Origin: a bacterium
GTDB taxonomy: Bacteria; Electryoneota; Electryoneia; Electryoneales; Electryoneaceae
Direction of reading: 5' to 3'
Length of the DNA stretch: 14,962 bases
Assembly: GCA_014729955.1 (NCBI GenBank)
Contig: WJJA01000607.1
Span: forward strand, 1-14,962
The notes below the pieces were generated by a model. That model was not told the origin of the DNA. It made no database searches and worked only from the letters and a program-made list of their open reading frames with translations. Shown one piece after another: positions 1 through 9,747 of the stretch (position 1 is its first letter; every line of letters begins with the position of its first letter). A program made the position numbers and the translations under genes.

Positions 1-2
1 AC

Positions 3-2003
3 TATGTCCCGCGCCGCTATCTCGACCGTACACGAACCACGCCGATGGGACCGTTGCAGGATGAAACCGAGGGCGAAGTCACGGTCATCGGAACAATCAC
101 CGATGTGAATGAAATCCGGCGTAAAGGCAAAACACGTCTCGAAGCCTGGGTGGAGGATGAAACCGGCGGGCTGAAACTGGTGTGGTTCCGACGTACCAAC
201 CAGGTCAAACGCTACATCAAACCGGGCTTCTCGGCGGCGTTTTCAGGCAAGGTGCGCCGATTCGGACGCTCCCTGCAGATCGCACACCCGGAGGTTATGT
301 CCCTGGCCAGGGGCGAAGCGCAGGATATCGCCGCCGGCCGAGGCCGCTGGGTTGCACTGTATCCCGGCAACAGGGAACTGGAAAAGGTCGGTCTGGACGA
401 GAACAGTCTGCGCAAGCTGATGGACCGTCTGGTCGGCGAGTACATCAACAGCATCGTCGATCCCTGGCCGGCCGACGAGTTGAAACGTCTCGGCCTGCCC
501 GACTTGCGTGCCGCCCTGAAATACGTGCATCGGCCCCGCAGTGAAGAAGAACATGATCTCGGCTTCAAACGCCTGAAGTTCGACGAGCTGGTGATGCTGC
601 AGCTGCTGTGGGCCTGGGTACGACGGCGACGACGCGAGGCACGCAAGGGTATCGCCTATCCTCGTGTAGGCGAAACCACGCGAGCGATGATCGAGAAGCT
701 GCCGTTTGAGCTCACCGGCGCTCAGAAGCGTGTCCTGCGCGAAATCTGGAAGGACATGTCCGACCCTCACCCGATGAGCCGCCTGTTGCAGGGAGATGTC
801 GGATCCGGCAAAACACTCGTGGCGCTTGTCACCATGACCATTGCGGTGGAAAACGGCTACCAGGCGGCATTGATGGCCCCGACTGAAATCCTTGCGGAGC
901 AGCATTATCTCACCTCGCACAAATTCCTGGAAGGCCTCGGGGTGCAGGTGGAATTGCTGACAGGTGGGATGAAGGCAGCGGTTCGGCGCGAACGAATCGC
1001 ACGTCTCGCCGGGGGAATGCCGTCGATCGCGATCGGGACGCACGCCCTGATCCAGGACACGGTCGAGTTTCCCCGCCTCGGCATGGTGGTCATTGACGAG
1101 CAGCATCGTTTCGGTGTGGCGCAACGTTTGAAGCTCACTGATCCCCAGGCCGGGACACGGCCGGATGTGCTGGTCATGACCGCCACTCCCATCCCCCGTT
1201 CCCTGGCGCTTTCGCTCTACGGCGACCTGGATGTGAGCAAACTGGACGAATACCCGCCCGGCCGTGGTGAAGTCACTACACTTGCCGTCAACGGTGAGAC
1301 CGGGCGTGACCGGATGTATGCTGATGTCCGCCGCCGAATCGAACAGGGCGGACGTGCATACATCATCTTTCCCCTCGTGGAGGAGTCGGAGAAGGTTGAC
1401 CTGCAGGCTGCGGTCGAGAGCCGGGAACAACTGCAGCGCGGGCCCTTCCGAGGGCTGCAGGTGGGTCTGCTGCACGGTCGTATGAAGATGGAAGAAAAAG
1501 ACGAGGCGATGGAACGGTTCCGTCGCGGGGACGATCAGATCCTCGTCTCGACAACGGTGATTGAAGTCGGCGTGGATGTGCCGGAAGCGACGGAAATGGT
1601 GATCGAGCATGCCGAGCGCTTCGGCCTGGCACAGCTGCACCAGTTGCGCGGGCGGATCGGCCGGGGCGGACATGACAGCCGATGCTACCTGGTCGGTTAC
1701 CCCCCTGTGGGCGAAACCGCACGCAACCGCATTCGGACCATGGTGCGTACACGCGACGGTTTTGAGGTTGCGGAAATGGACCTGCGACTGCGCGGGGCGG
1801 GCGACTTTTTCGGAGTCCGACAGCACGGCATGCCCGAGATGCGCTTCGCCGATATCTCGGAGGACCAGGATCTGCTCCTGTTGGCGCGCAATACCGCCGA
1901 GGAGCTGATCAATCGTGACCCGGAATTGAAGCAGCATCCCGCCTTGAAACGCGAATTCGAGCGTGCAATGCTGCCCAGGGCGAACCTCGTGGACGCCGGT
2001 TGA
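3..2003 (+). CDS. recG: ATP-dependent DNA helicase RecG, 5'-partial: frame is open to the window edge and the N-terminal ~30-50 aa lie upstream
   Basis: The frame is open from nt 3 and the upstream-extended translation reads ...PRRYLDRT, matching the RecG N-terminal 'PLRYEDRT' motif. A wedge/OB-like N-domain is followed by Walker A 'GDVGSGKT', a 'VIDEQHRFGV' DEQH box and the helicase C-terminal motif 'QLHQLRGRIGRG'. About 665 aa are visible against ~690 aa for full RecG. Confidence 0.9.
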   Translation, partial: YVPRRYLDRTRTTPMGPLQDETEGEVTVIGTITDVNEIRRKGKTRLEAWVEDETGGLKLVWFRRTNQVKRYIKPGFSAAFSGKVRRFGRSLQIAHPEVMSLARGEAQDIAAGRGRWVALYPGNRELEKVGLDENSLRKLMDRLVGEYINSIVDPWPADELKRLGLPDLRAALKYVHRPRSEEEHDLGFKRLKFDELVMLQLLWAWVRRRRREARKGIAYPRVGETTRAMIEKLPFELTGAQKRVLREIWKDMSDPHPMSRLLQGDVGSGKTLVALVTMTIAVENGYQAALMAPTEILAEQHYLTSHKFLEGLGVQVELLTGGMKAAVRRERIARLAGGMPSIAIGTHALIQDTVEFPRLGMVVIDEQHRFGVAQRLKLTDPQAGTRPDVLVMTATPIPRSLALSLYGDLDVSKLDEYPPGRGEVTTLAVNGETGRDRMYADVRRRIEQGGRAYIIFPLVEESEKVDLQAAVESREQLQRGPFRGLQVGLLHGRMKMEEKDEAMERFRRGDDQILVSTTVIEVGVDVPEATEMVIEHAERFGLAQLHQLRGRIGRGGHDSRCYLVGYPPVGETARNRIRTMVRTRDGFEVAEMDLRLRGAGDFFGVRQHGMPEMRFADISEDQDLLLLARNTAEELINRDPELKQHPALKREFERAMLPRANLVDAG

Positions 2004-2052
2004 TGCAACGAAGAGAGCGCCCCGCACGAAATTTCGTCAAGCATTGCGCGGT

Positions 2053-2081
2053 TTGGGAAGTGACGGGGAACGTCTTATATT
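2053..2081 (+). promoter_or_regulatory. Candidate sigma70-type promoter for parAB: TTGGGA-N17-TATATT
   Basis: A -35-like TTGGGA (2053-2058) and a -10-like TATATT (2076-2081) are separated by 17 bp, in the 146-bp recG-parA intergenic region about 70 nt upstream of the parA ATG. Sequence-pattern only. Confidence 0.25.
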
Positions 2082-2149
2082 GGACCGATTAGAGCGTCTT
2101 GGGATAAACTCTTGTTTTCACACGCGGGACGTCCTGCGACGAAGGGCAT

Positions 2150-2920
2150 ATGGGCCGAATCATCTCGATTGCCAACCAGAAAGGCGGCGTGGGGAAAACC
2201 ACCACAGCCGTCAACCTCTCCGCCGCCCTCGCGGTGGCCGAAAAGCGTGTCCTGCTGATTGACCTTGATCCGCAGGGCAACGCCACGAGCGGGATGGGCG
2301 TTACCCTTGAAGAGGACCAGCAGACCATTTACGACCTGATGATCGGGTCAGCGGACCTGGATGCTGTCAAGGTTACCACACAGGTACCGTTCCTCGAACT
2401 GGTGCCGGCGTCGATCAAGCTTGTCGGCGCGGAAGTGGAACTGGTTAACGTTCCCGAGCGGGAATCAGTGCTGCGTCGTGCGCTGGAGGGACGATTGACA
2501 GACTACGACTATGTCTTCATTGACAGCCCCCCGTCCCTCGGGTTGTTGACGCTGAACGGATTAACCCTCGCAAACAGTGTCATGGTCCCGATTCAGTGTG
2601 AGTACTATGCGTTAGAGGGGTTGAGCAAACTTCTCAACACTGTACGCCTCGTGCAGCGGCAATTGAATCCCTCGCTGACCATAGAAGGCGCGGTCTTAAC
2701 CATGTTTGACAATCGCCTCAACCTTTCAAGGCAGGTGGCTGAAGAGATTCGAACCTATTTTGCGGGCAAGGTTTTTGACATACCGATTCAGCGAAACGTT
2801 CGCTTGAGTGAAGCGCCCAGTTACGGCATGCCGGTGATTCTGTACGACGCAACCAGCCGGGGAGCGGAAAACTACCTGGCGCTGGCGGAGGAGATGCTCG
2901 CTTATGACAGCGCGCCCTAG
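2150..2920 (+). CDS. parA: Chromosome-partitioning ATPase ParA/Soj
   Basis: N-terminal 'IISIANQKGGVGKTTTAVNLSAALA' is the deviant Walker A of ParA/MinD-family ATPases. At 256 aa it is chromosomal Soj-sized, and it sits immediately upstream of parB. Confidence 0.95.
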   Translation: MGRIISIANQKGGVGKTTTAVNLSAALAVAEKRVLLIDLDPQGNATSGMGVTLEEDQQTIYDLMIGSADLDAVKVTTQVPFLELVPASIKLVGAEVELVNVPERESVLRRALEGRLTDYDYVFIDSPPSLGLLTLNGLTLANSVMVPIQCEYYALEGLSKLLNTVRLVQRQLNPSLTIEGAVLTMFDNRLNLSRQVAEEIRTYFAGKVFDIPIQRNVRLSEAPSYGMPVILYDATSRGAENYLALAEEMLAYDSAP

Positions 2921-3773
2921 ACAGGCGCTGGGCAAAGGCCTGGCCGCGCTGATTCCGGGAGCGGACGAGGAGGAGAACGCCAAGGCGCCTTCCACCGAAG
3001 TGGAAATCGCGCTCATCCAGACACGGCCGGACCAACCCCGCACACGGTTTGCCCCGGAGCCCCTCGAGGAGCTGATCCAGTCGGTGAAAGCTCAGGGGGT
3101 GCTCCAGCCCCTGCTGGTGACCCCTCGGGAAGACAAGTACCTGCTCGTCGCCGGAGAACGTCGGTTGCGTGCAGCGCGTGCCGCAGGGCTGGTCAAAGTA
3201 CCCTGTCGTATTATCGAAGGGCTGGACGACCAGCAGATCCTCGAAATCTCCCTCGTGGAGAACCTTCAGCGTGAAGACCTCAATCCGATTGAGCTGGCAC
3301 ACGGCTACCGACGCCTGAACGAAGACCTCGGGCTCGGCCACCAGGAGGTCGCAGAACGTGTCGGGAAAGACCGCACCACGGTCGTCAACACACTGCGCCT
3401 GCTGAAGCTGCCGGCCCCGGTGGTGCAGCTCGTGGTCGAAGGCAGCCTGTCCGCCGGGCATGCCCGGGCCCTGCTCGCATTTCCGCGCGAATCGGAACAG
3501 GTCGCCTACGCCAACAAGATCGTCGCGAAAGGCCTGTCGGTTCGGGATATCGAGCGGGCGGTGCAGCAGTCCAAGAAAAAGAAGGAAGAGAGCGCGAAGG
3601 TTGCCGTACCTGAGCCGTCCGACCTGCACGCACACGAAACGGCGGAACGGATTGAAGAGTCGCTCGGTATGACTACACGCTTGAACCACAAGGGCCCCGG
3701 CGGTCGCCTGACCATACACTACTCCAACCTCGACGAACTGGACCGCTTGATCGACCTGCTTACCAGGGGCTGA
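2904..3773 (+). CDS. parB: Chromosome-partitioning protein ParB/Spo0J (parS-binding CTPase family)
   Basis: N-terminal 'ALGKGLAALI' and the ParB-box region 'LLVAGERRLRAARAAGL...ILEISLVENLQREDLNPIELAHGYRRL' are characteristic. The start overlaps the parA stop by 17 nt (ATGACAGCGCGCCCTAG). Confidence 0.93.
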   Translation: MTARPRQALGKGLAALIPGADEEENAKAPSTEVEIALIQTRPDQPRTRFAPEPLEELIQSVKAQGVLQPLLVTPREDKYLLVAGERRLRAARAAGLVKVPCRIIEGLDDQQILEISLVENLQREDLNPIELAHGYRRLNEDLGLGHQEVAERVGKDRTTVVNTLRLLKLPAPVVQLVVEGSLSAGHARALLAFPRESEQVAYANKIVAKGLSVRDIERAVQQSKKKKEESAKVAVPEPSDLHAHETAERIEESLGMTTRLNHKGPGGRLTIHYSNLDELDRLIDLLTRG

Positions 3774-3778
3774 TCGGT

Positions 3779-6337
3779 TTGTCACCCGACGTGTCAACTC
3801 CCGGAAACGGTATAGCTGCGGCGCTGCAGCGTACCGCCACGGCAGATCGGTTTGTGCGACGTCTGCTGAACGAACACACCTCATCGCGAAACAATATCGC
3901 CCTGCTCGCCACCGGCGGATACGGTCGTTGCGACAACTCATACGGTTCCGACCTCGATTTGATCATCCTGCACAGGGACGATTTCGACCGCTATGAAGCG
4001 GCGATCCGTCGTCTGATCACCTCGCTCTGGGATAAAGGCTGGTCGCCCGGCCAGACTCTGCTCAGACTCGAAGAAGTCGACCGCTACCTCTTAACCATTC
4101 CCGATCGTGCATCAGCACTCCTCGAAGCCCGTATCGTCTGGGGTGACAGCGACCTCGCGAAAGGGCTCGACTATCGCCTGAGCGCACTCTTTGACGAGGA
4201 GGTGTGGAACCGGTTCATCGAGCTGAAAATGGAAGAGTTTCACAAGCGACGGGACAAATTCGGACCCGTACCTCGTGTGATTGAACCGCATCTGAAGGAA
4301 CAGGCGGGCGGTCTGCGCGATTTGCACCATGTCCTGTGGGCGGAACGTGCTCGTGCGGCGTACGCGGCAAAATGGAGTGTGCTGCGGAAACGAAGCAGCG
4401 CGATCGACGGTCTGTTTCGACGTCTGCGACGTTCGCGTCTGCTGAATGATCGCGAGTTGAACGACATGCGAAACGCTTTCGATCTCCTTCTTCGGCTGCG
4501 TGAAAGCCTGCACCAGGTCTCCCGGCGCCGGCTGGACATTCTCGGGGTTCCGGAACAGACCGAGGTCGCGCTGCATCTGGGATACGACGGCAACGAAGAT
4601 GAACGCATGCGCAAGGTGATGCGTGAAACCTTCATTGCCGTGGAGAAAATCGCACGATTCGCCGATGAATTTGTGCCCCTGCTTGTGGAGTACGGTGTCC
4701 GCAACCTTCCTGAAGGACGTCCGCTGCCCTTTTTTCAGGGAGCAGCCGAACGCGGTGGACGTGTGGACATTCGCAAGGAAGCGATGTCCAATGTTGCAAC
4801 CGACCCGCTCCTGCTGTTCAGTCTGGTCGGTCATTGTGCGGAACACAACCTGTCCCTGTCCGGGCGGACCCGCCATGAACTGCGCCGGCAAATCCATGAA
4901 GCCTGGGAGGACCTGCACCGTCCACGGATCTGGGCACGCGACCTTCGCCCCTACTTCGAAAAGGACAAAGGCTTCGGAAGTTGGCTGCGACGCCTTTCCG
5001 AACTCGATGCCATCAGCCCCTGGCTGCCGGAATGGAGGGAAATATCCGGGTTGACCACCGGCAGCTATTACCACCGCTATACCGTCGATGAACACACCCT
5101 GCGCGCCATCGAAGAGCTCGACCGGCTCCCCGATGACGGACCGGAGGGTCTGCCGCAATCTCTCTGGGCACAATTCGAGCCGAAGCAGCTCATCCACTGG
5201 ACCCTCTTTTTCCACGACCTGGCGAAGGGCCGTGAAGGCGACCATTCGGAAGAAGGGGCACGAATGGCGCGTGCCGCGCTGGAACGGCTTGGATTCGACG
5301 AGATCATCGACGATGTCACCACCCTGGTGCGTTATCATCTCAAGATGGAACAGACAGCATTTCGACGTGATATCACAAACCCGATGGTAATCGGCGAGTT
5401 TACCCATTTGCTGGGATCTCAACGTCTCGTAGGCGCCCTTTACCTGCTGACCGTCTGCGACCTGCGTGCCGTGAAAACCGGGGTATGGAGTCGCTGGAAA
5501 GGACGTCTGCTTGCCGAACTGTATCTGAATGCGACTCGCTGGCTCGAGGGCGGTGAGGCGAAACCCGCACCGACCGTGGACGAAGAAACACGGAAAGTAA
5601 CCGCCTTGCTGCAGGCACGGGGTGAAGAAGAACGAGTGCACAACTTCATCGCGTCCATGAAGGAACGCTACCGGGTGGTTATTCCCTCTGAAGAAATCGC
5701 ACGTCACTACGCAGCCGTGGAAGCGGTCAGAAACGGCGTTGTGCAATGGGAATGGCTGATCGAACAGCAGAAGGATGTGGTGATTCTGACCCTGGTGACG
5801 CACGACCGCATCGGTCTGCTTGCAGACGCAACAGGGTTGATGGTCTCGCAGGGGGTCGGAGTGCGGGAAGCCAGGATCTTCACCCGGGACGACGGCATCG
5901 TCGTCGATCGGTTCCGTGGAGAGGACAATCTCCCGCAAGGCCCGCCGCTTGCAGAGAGATTGACACACATCCCCACACTGTGGGGTGATCTTGTTCAGGG
6001 CAAGATCAATGTTCGTATATTGTTAGAGCGTCATTCACGCCGCAGCCGCTACTATCGCCGGCCCGCGGCGCGTGTCGAAACGGAAGTGATGCTCGCACGT
6101 AGCGGCAATCGTTACCTGGTGGACGTAAGCGGATCGGACAGCGTCGGCCTGCTCTACCGACTCTGCGCCATCTTTGCGTCCAAGGATCTCGACGTTCGGT
6201 CCGCGCGTGTCACAAACCGCATCGACGGTATCATGAACGCGTTCCTGCTGCAGGATCCTCAAGGGTACCTGGACCGGGAAGAGCACAGAAACGAGTTGGT
6301 CAAAATGCTGCGAAAGGAACTGGGCACGGGTGAGTAA
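3779..6337 (+). CDS. glnD: Bifunctional [protein-PII] uridylyltransferase/uridylyl-removing enzyme GlnD
   Basis: N-terminal nucleotidyltransferase motif 'LLATGGYGRCDNSYGSDLDLIILH', central HD domain ('YHRYTVDEHTL ... FFHDLAKGREGDHS') and two C-terminal ACT-like segments ('VTHDRIGLLADATGLM', 'VSGSDSVGLLYRLCAIF') give the GlnD architecture; GlnE lacks an HD domain. The start codon is uncertain (TTG at 3779, alternative GTG at 3791), 5 nt after the parB stop. Confidence 0.82.
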   Translation: MSPDVSTPGNGIAAALQRTATADRFVRRLLNEHTSSRNNIALLATGGYGRCDNSYGSDLDLIILHRDDFDRYEAAIRRLITSLWDKGWSPGQTLLRLEEVDRYLLTIPDRASALLEARIVWGDSDLAKGLDYRLSALFDEEVWNRFIELKMEEFHKRRDKFGPVPRVIEPHLKEQAGGLRDLHHVLWAERARAAYAAKWSVLRKRSSAIDGLFRRLRRSRLLNDRELNDMRNAFDLLLRLRESLHQVSRRRLDILGVPEQTEVALHLGYDGNEDERMRKVMRETFIAVEKIARFADEFVPLLVEYGVRNLPEGRPLPFFQGAAERGGRVDIRKEAMSNVATDPLLLFSLVGHCAEHNLSLSGRTRHELRRQIHEAWEDLHRPRIWARDLRPYFEKDKGFGSWLRRLSELDAISPWLPEWREISGLTTGSYYHRYTVDEHTLRAIEELDRLPDDGPEGLPQSLWAQFEPKQLIHWTLFFHDLAKGREGDHSEEGARMARAALERLGFDEIIDDVTTLVRYHLKMEQTAFRRDITNPMVIGEFTHLLGSQRLVGALYLLTVCDLRAVKTGVWSRWKGRLLAELYLNATRWLEGGEAKPAPTVDEETRKVTALLQARGEEERVHNFIASMKERYRVVIPSEEIARHYAAVEAVRNGVVQWEWLIEQQKDVVILTLVTHDRIGLLADATGLMVSQGVGVREARIFTRDDGIVVDRFRGEDNLPQGPPLAERLTHIPTLWGDLVQGKINVRILLERHSRRSRYYRRPAARVETEVMLARSGNRYLVDVSGSDSVGLLYRLCAIFASKDLDVRSARVTNRIDGIMNAFLLQDPQGYLDREEHRNELVKMLRKELGTGE

Positions 6338-6911
6338 GCTGCTGTTACACTGGATGTTGCCGTTTGCGCTGCTGCTGACCGGCTGCGCCGGTTTGAAACC
6401 GGCGCCGACCTATCAGCGTGAGCGAACACCCCGCCCTGTGTATGAACGTCCGGCCCCCGAGCCTGAACCTCCATCGACATCGCCCGCACGACCGGCGCCC
6501 GAGAAGCGAAAAGACGGAAAACCAACGGGCCACGGCAGCGGTATGGACCCGATTGATCAGGCCTACCGCCCCTGGATCGGTTCACCCTACCGCTATGGCG
6601 GAGAGTCACCGAACACCGGTGTGGATTGCAGCGCCTACGTGCGTGCCGTGATCCGAAAAGCCTACGACGTCAAGTTGCCTCGCACCGCCCGGTCACAGTT
6701 CCGGCACGGCAACTCGATACCCCGCAGCCGACTTGAAAAGGGCGATCTGCTCTTCTTCAATCTGGACGGCAGGAAGATATCACACGTCGGCATCTACCTT
6801 GACGACGGCAAATTCACCCATGCATCGGCGAGTGAAGGCGTCACAGTGGATGATCTCAACCGCCGTATCTGGCAGACAAGGTTTGTCGGTGCCCGCCGCG
6901 TGCGCCCGTGA
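6330..6911 (+). CDS. NlpC/P60 (C40) family peptidoglycan endopeptidase lipoprotein
   Basis: Signal peptide with lipobox 'MSKLLLHWMLPFALLLTGC', a Pro-rich linker, then an NlpC/P60 core carrying a Cys-His-His triad ('GVDCSAYV', 'ISHVGIYLDDGKFTHAS'). A GTG start at 6330 overlaps the glnD stop and is preceded by AAAGGA; the alternative ATG at 6354 lacks an SD. Confidence 0.8.
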   Translation: MSKLLLHWMLPFALLLTGCAGLKPAPTYQRERTPRPVYERPAPEPEPPSTSPARPAPEKRKDGKPTGHGSGMDPIDQAYRPWIGSPYRYGGESPNTGVDCSAYVRAVIRKAYDVKLPRTARSQFRHGNSIPRSRLEKGDLLFFNLDGRKISHVGIYLDDGKFTHASASEGVTVDDLNRRIWQTRFVGARRVRP

Positions 6912-6992
6912 GACCCCATCCCTTGCTCACGTTTCCCCCTTTTCCTACATTCAAAAGTTTACGGACCCCTTCAATTAACAGCAGCCGAGGCC

Positions 6993-9089
6993 ATGGCAGT
7001 CACCACACGGGAGCGGTACGAGGAACTGATCCGGGATCTTGAGAAGCACGACTACAAGTATTATGTGCTCGCTCAACCGGAGATCTCTGACGAGCACTAT
7101 GATGAGCTCTACCGCGAACTGCTGGATATCGAGAAACAGCACCCGAACTGGGTGACGTCTTCGAGTCCGAGCAAACGTGTCGGCGGACGCCCTGCTGAAG
7201 GATTTGTCACGGTTCGTCATACCCGCCCGATGATGTCGCTCGCCAACACCTACTCGTTTGCCGAAGTGCAGGAGTTCGAGGAGCGGGTGCGTCGTGAGCT
7301 GGGGCTGGAGAAGGTCCACTACACCTGCGAGCCCAAGCTGGACGGCGTAGCGGTGACTCTTCACTACAAACAGGGCCGCTTTCATCTCGGCGTAACACGA
7401 GGCGATGGACGTCAGGGCGACGACATCACCGCCAACCTTCGTACCGTACGCGGCATTCCCCTCGAAGTGCGAGACGGACCGGGAGTCCAGCAGGATTTTG
7501 AAGTGCGCGGCGAAGTGGTCATGAACCGCAAAGATTTTGTCGAACTCAGTGAGAAACGCGAAGAGCAGGGACAAACCCCCTTCGCCAATCCCCGCAATGC
7601 CACCGCCGGATCGCTCAAACTGCTGAATCCCCAGGAGGTGCGCAAACGGAAACTGCGGCTGTGGGTGTATGAATTGCTCATCGAAGGCGACTGGGTCGGC
7701 GACCGGCAGGATGAGCGACTGGTTGCACTTGAGAAGATGCATTTCCCTGTCGTGCAGCCGTGGACGGTGGCGGAGACGGTCCATGAAATCGACGCCTTCT
7801 GGTCCGGGCTTGCCGCTGAACGGTCGGAGTTCCCTCATGACATGGACGGCGTCGTGGTGAAGGTTGCCGACCGCAGGATGCGCGAGGAACTGGGCACCAC
7901 CGCCAAAACCCCGCGCTGGGCGATGGCGTACAAGTTTCGCGCACAGAAGGCGACGACCCTGCTCCGAGAAATCACCCACCAGGTAGGCCGAACCGGAGCG
8001 GTGACACCCGTTGCGGAACTGGAACCGGTGCAATTGGCGGGTTCTACTATCAAGCGGGCCACCCTGCACAACGAAGAAGAAATCCAGCGCCTCGGTATCG
8101 GGCCGAACATACAGGTCGTGCTCGAAAAGGCCGGCGACGTCATTCCCAAGGTCACCGGACGTGCACCGGGCGAACCAAAGGGAGTCTACGAACCTCCTCA
8201 TAGCTGCCCCGAGTGCGGTGAGCCATTGCTGAAACCCGAAGGCGAAGTGATTCGGCGCTGCATCAATGTTGCCTGTCCGGCGATGCTGAGAGGACGGCTG
8301 AAGCACTTCGTATCCCGCGGAGCGATGGACATCGACGGTGTCGGCGCGATGACCGTCGACCTGCTGGTCGATCATAAACTCGTGGAAGATCCAGGCGACC
8401 TCTACTTCATCACGTATGAGCAGGCGGCCAACCTGCCTGGGTTTGCAGAGGTATCCGCGCGCAAACTGGTCCAGGGCATCGAAGCCTCCAAAGATGCCGG
8501 GCTGGAACGATTGATCTTCGCTCTCGGGGTTCGATACGTCGGTTCCGGGGTGGCTCGTGTGCTGGCAAGAAAATTCGGCCACCTGGACGAATTGGCCGAT
8601 GCGATCATCAAGCCGAAACTCCTGCAAACCTTGGTAGCTGATGATCTCTCCTCGACCGAGCAGGGCCGTGCCGCCATGGAAGAGCTGACCAAGATCGACG
8701 AGATCGGCCCGCGCATTGCCGAAAGCCTCGTGGAGTTCTTCAGCCGGCCGCGCAACCTGACCGTCATCGAGAAACTGCGGAAAGCCGGTGTGAATTTCGG
8801 CAAGCGGCACGGCGATGCGGGAGAAAAGGGGCCTTCTGCCCCGCTCGCGGGCACGCGAATCGTGCTGACCGGTTCTCTCGACTCCATGAGCAGGCAGGAA
8901 GCCACCGAACGGCTGGAGGCGCTGGGAGCAAATGTGACCTCTTCTGTCTCTTCACGCACCGATTATGTGGTGGCGGGAGAAGCCGCGGGCGCTAAATTGA
9001 CCAAGGCTCAAAAACTGGATGTGAAGATCCTGCGGGAGCCCGCGTTTCTGGACAAATTGAGTGAGTGGGAATCCGCGGGAAAAGCGTGA
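6993..9089 (+). CDS. ligA: NAD+-dependent DNA ligase LigA
   Basis: N-terminal Ia domain ('[22 protein letters not shown]'), adenylation motif '[10 protein letters not shown]' (KxDG), Zn-finger 'CPECGEPL...C..C', HhH region and a C-terminal BRCT ('RIVLTGSL...[16 protein letters not shown]'). Length is 698 aa. Confidence 0.95.
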   Translation: MAVTTRERYEELIRDLEKHDYKYYVLAQPEISDEHYDELYRELLDIEKQHPNWVTSSSPSKRVGGRPAEGFVTVRHTRPMMSLANTYSFAEVQEFEERVRRELGLEKVHYTCEPKLDGVAVTLHYKQGRFHLGVTRGDGRQGDDITANLRTVRGIPLEVRDGPGVQQDFEVRGEVVMNRKDFVELSEKREEQGQTPFANPRNATAGSLKLLNPQEVRKRKLRLWVYELLIEGDWVGDRQDERLVALEKMHFPVVQPWTVAETVHEIDAFWSGLAAERSEFPHDMDGVVVKVADRRMREELGTTAKTPRWAMAYKFRAQKATTLLREITHQVGRTGAVTPVAELEPVQLAGSTIKRATLHNEEEIQRLGIGPNIQVVLEKAGDVIPKVTGRAPGEPKGVYEPPHSCPECGEPLLKPEGEVIRRCINVACPAMLRGRLKHFVSRGAMDIDGVGAMTVDLLVDHKLVEDPGDLYFITYEQAANLPGFAEVSARKLVQGIEASKDAGLERLIFALGVRYVGSGVARVLARKFGHLDELADAIIKPKLLQTLVADDLSSTEQGRAAMEELTKIDEIGPRIAESLVEFFSRPRNLTVIEKLRKAGVNFGKRHGDAGEKGPSAPLAGTRIVLTGSLDSMSRQEATERLEALGANVTSSVSSRTDYVVAGEAAGAKLTKAQKLDVKILREPAFLDKLSEWESAGKA

Positions 9090-9186
9090 AACGAGGAACG
9101 ATACGTGGACTTGGCCGACCGAATCGATGGCCTGCGACTGTCCACGAGAACGAGTATACTGTGCAAGGCAACGTGAGGGTAGCAAC

Positions 9187-9747
9187 ATGGCGTCCACCGC
9201 CGATTTTCGTAACGGCATGGTCATCAGGTTTAACGATGAATTGTATTCCATCGTCGAATTCCAGCATGTCAAGCCCGGCAAGGGCGGAGCATTTGTACGC
9301 ACCAAGCTGAAGAACGTCATCAACGGCAAGGTGGTCGATAACACCTTCCGTTCCGGGGAAAAGGTCGAAGATGTCCGCCTGGAAGCGAGGCAGATGCAGT
9401 ACCTGTACCAGGAAGGCGAGCAGTTTGTTTTCATGGATAACGAAACCTACGAGCAGGTCTTCCTCAACGATGACCTCGTCCCCAAAGAGATTTCGCAATA
9501 CTTGAAGGAAGGTGAAACCTACAAGGTAATGTTCCACGGCGAAACGCCGCTGTTGGTGGAACTGCCGTTTTTCCTTGAGCTGGAAATCGTTGAAACCGAA
9601 CCCGGCGCCAAGGGCGATACGGTCACCAACGTGACCAAATCGGCGAAGGTGGAAACGGGTGCAGTGATCCAGGTACCGCTCTTCGTCAACCAGGGCGATG
9701 TGATCAAGATCGACACCCGCTCGGACGAATATCTCGGCCGGGTGTAA
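9187..9747 (+). CDS. efp: Translation elongation factor P (EF-P)
   Basis: '[43 protein letters not shown]...' is a canonical EF-P N-domain with the loop-tip lysine, 186 aa. The true start is the ATG at 9187 with SD GAGGG 8 nt upstream; the six-frame ORF beginning at 9061 is an upstream in-frame extension overlapping ligA. Confidence 0.93.
   Translation: MASTADFRNGMVIRFNDELYSIVEFQHVKPGKGGAFVRTKLKNVINGKVVDNTFRSGEKVEDVRLEARQMQYLYQEGEQFVFMDNETYEQVFLNDDLVPKEISQYLKEGETYKVMFHGETPLLVELPFFLELEIVETEPGAKGDTVTNVTKSAKVETGAVIQVPLFVNQGDVIKIDTRSDEYLGRV

Noticed and set aside
243-2027. Long minus-strand ORFs: 243-2027 (594 aa), 2718-3941 (407 aa), 4112-5968 (618 aa), 6975-8810 (611 aa), 8992-9843 (283 aa), 10402-11688 (428 aa), 12712-14874 (720 aa)
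   Set aside because: Each lies fully antisense to a plus-strand gene whose product I can recognise motif by motif (RecG, ParB, GlnD, LigA, EF-P, AccC, GcvPA/SPFH). Their translations are Arg/Ala/Pro/Gly-rich and low-complexity with no recognisable domains, which is typical of stop-codon-poor antisense frames in high-GC DNA.
2736-2752. GATTCGAACC motif (reverse complement of a tRNA T-arm/T-loop GGTTCGAATC) suggesting a minus-strand tRNA
   Set aside because: It lies inside the confidently identified parA CDS (encoding '...EEIRTYF...'), and I found no flanking acceptor or anticodon-arm complementarity. It is a coincidental match.
2761-2830. Searched for parS (TGTTTCACGTGAAACA) within or near parAB and for DnaA boxes; found GCGAAACGTTCGC (about 2791-2803) and GTGAAAC half-sites at about 4626 and about 9087
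   Set aside because: None matches more than about 8 of 16 positions of the parS consensus. The GCGAA-N3-TTCGC inverted repeat is short and lies within parA coding sequence. A mismatch-tolerant computational scan is needed before claiming absence.
5970-5984. Perfect 15-bp palindrome CCCCACACTGTGGGG inside glnD
   Set aside because: About one 7-bp-arm inverted repeat is expected by chance in 15 kb. It is in-frame coding sequence (HIPTLWGD) with no adjacent regulatory context.
9155-9160. TATACT -10-like hexamer upstream of efp
   Set aside because: No acceptable -35 at 16-19 bp spacing (CTGCGA/TGTCCA are poor), so the promoter call is not supportable from sequence alone.
9061-9186. Upstream in-frame extensions of efp (ORF start 9061) and of accC (ORF start 10321)
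   Set aside because: The extended N-termini ('[16 protein letters not shown]...', '[16 protein letters not shown]...') have no counterpart in EF-P or AccC, and they overlap ligA and accB coding sequence. Internal ATGs at 9187 and 10414 give canonical N-termini with SDs and stop-start overlap.
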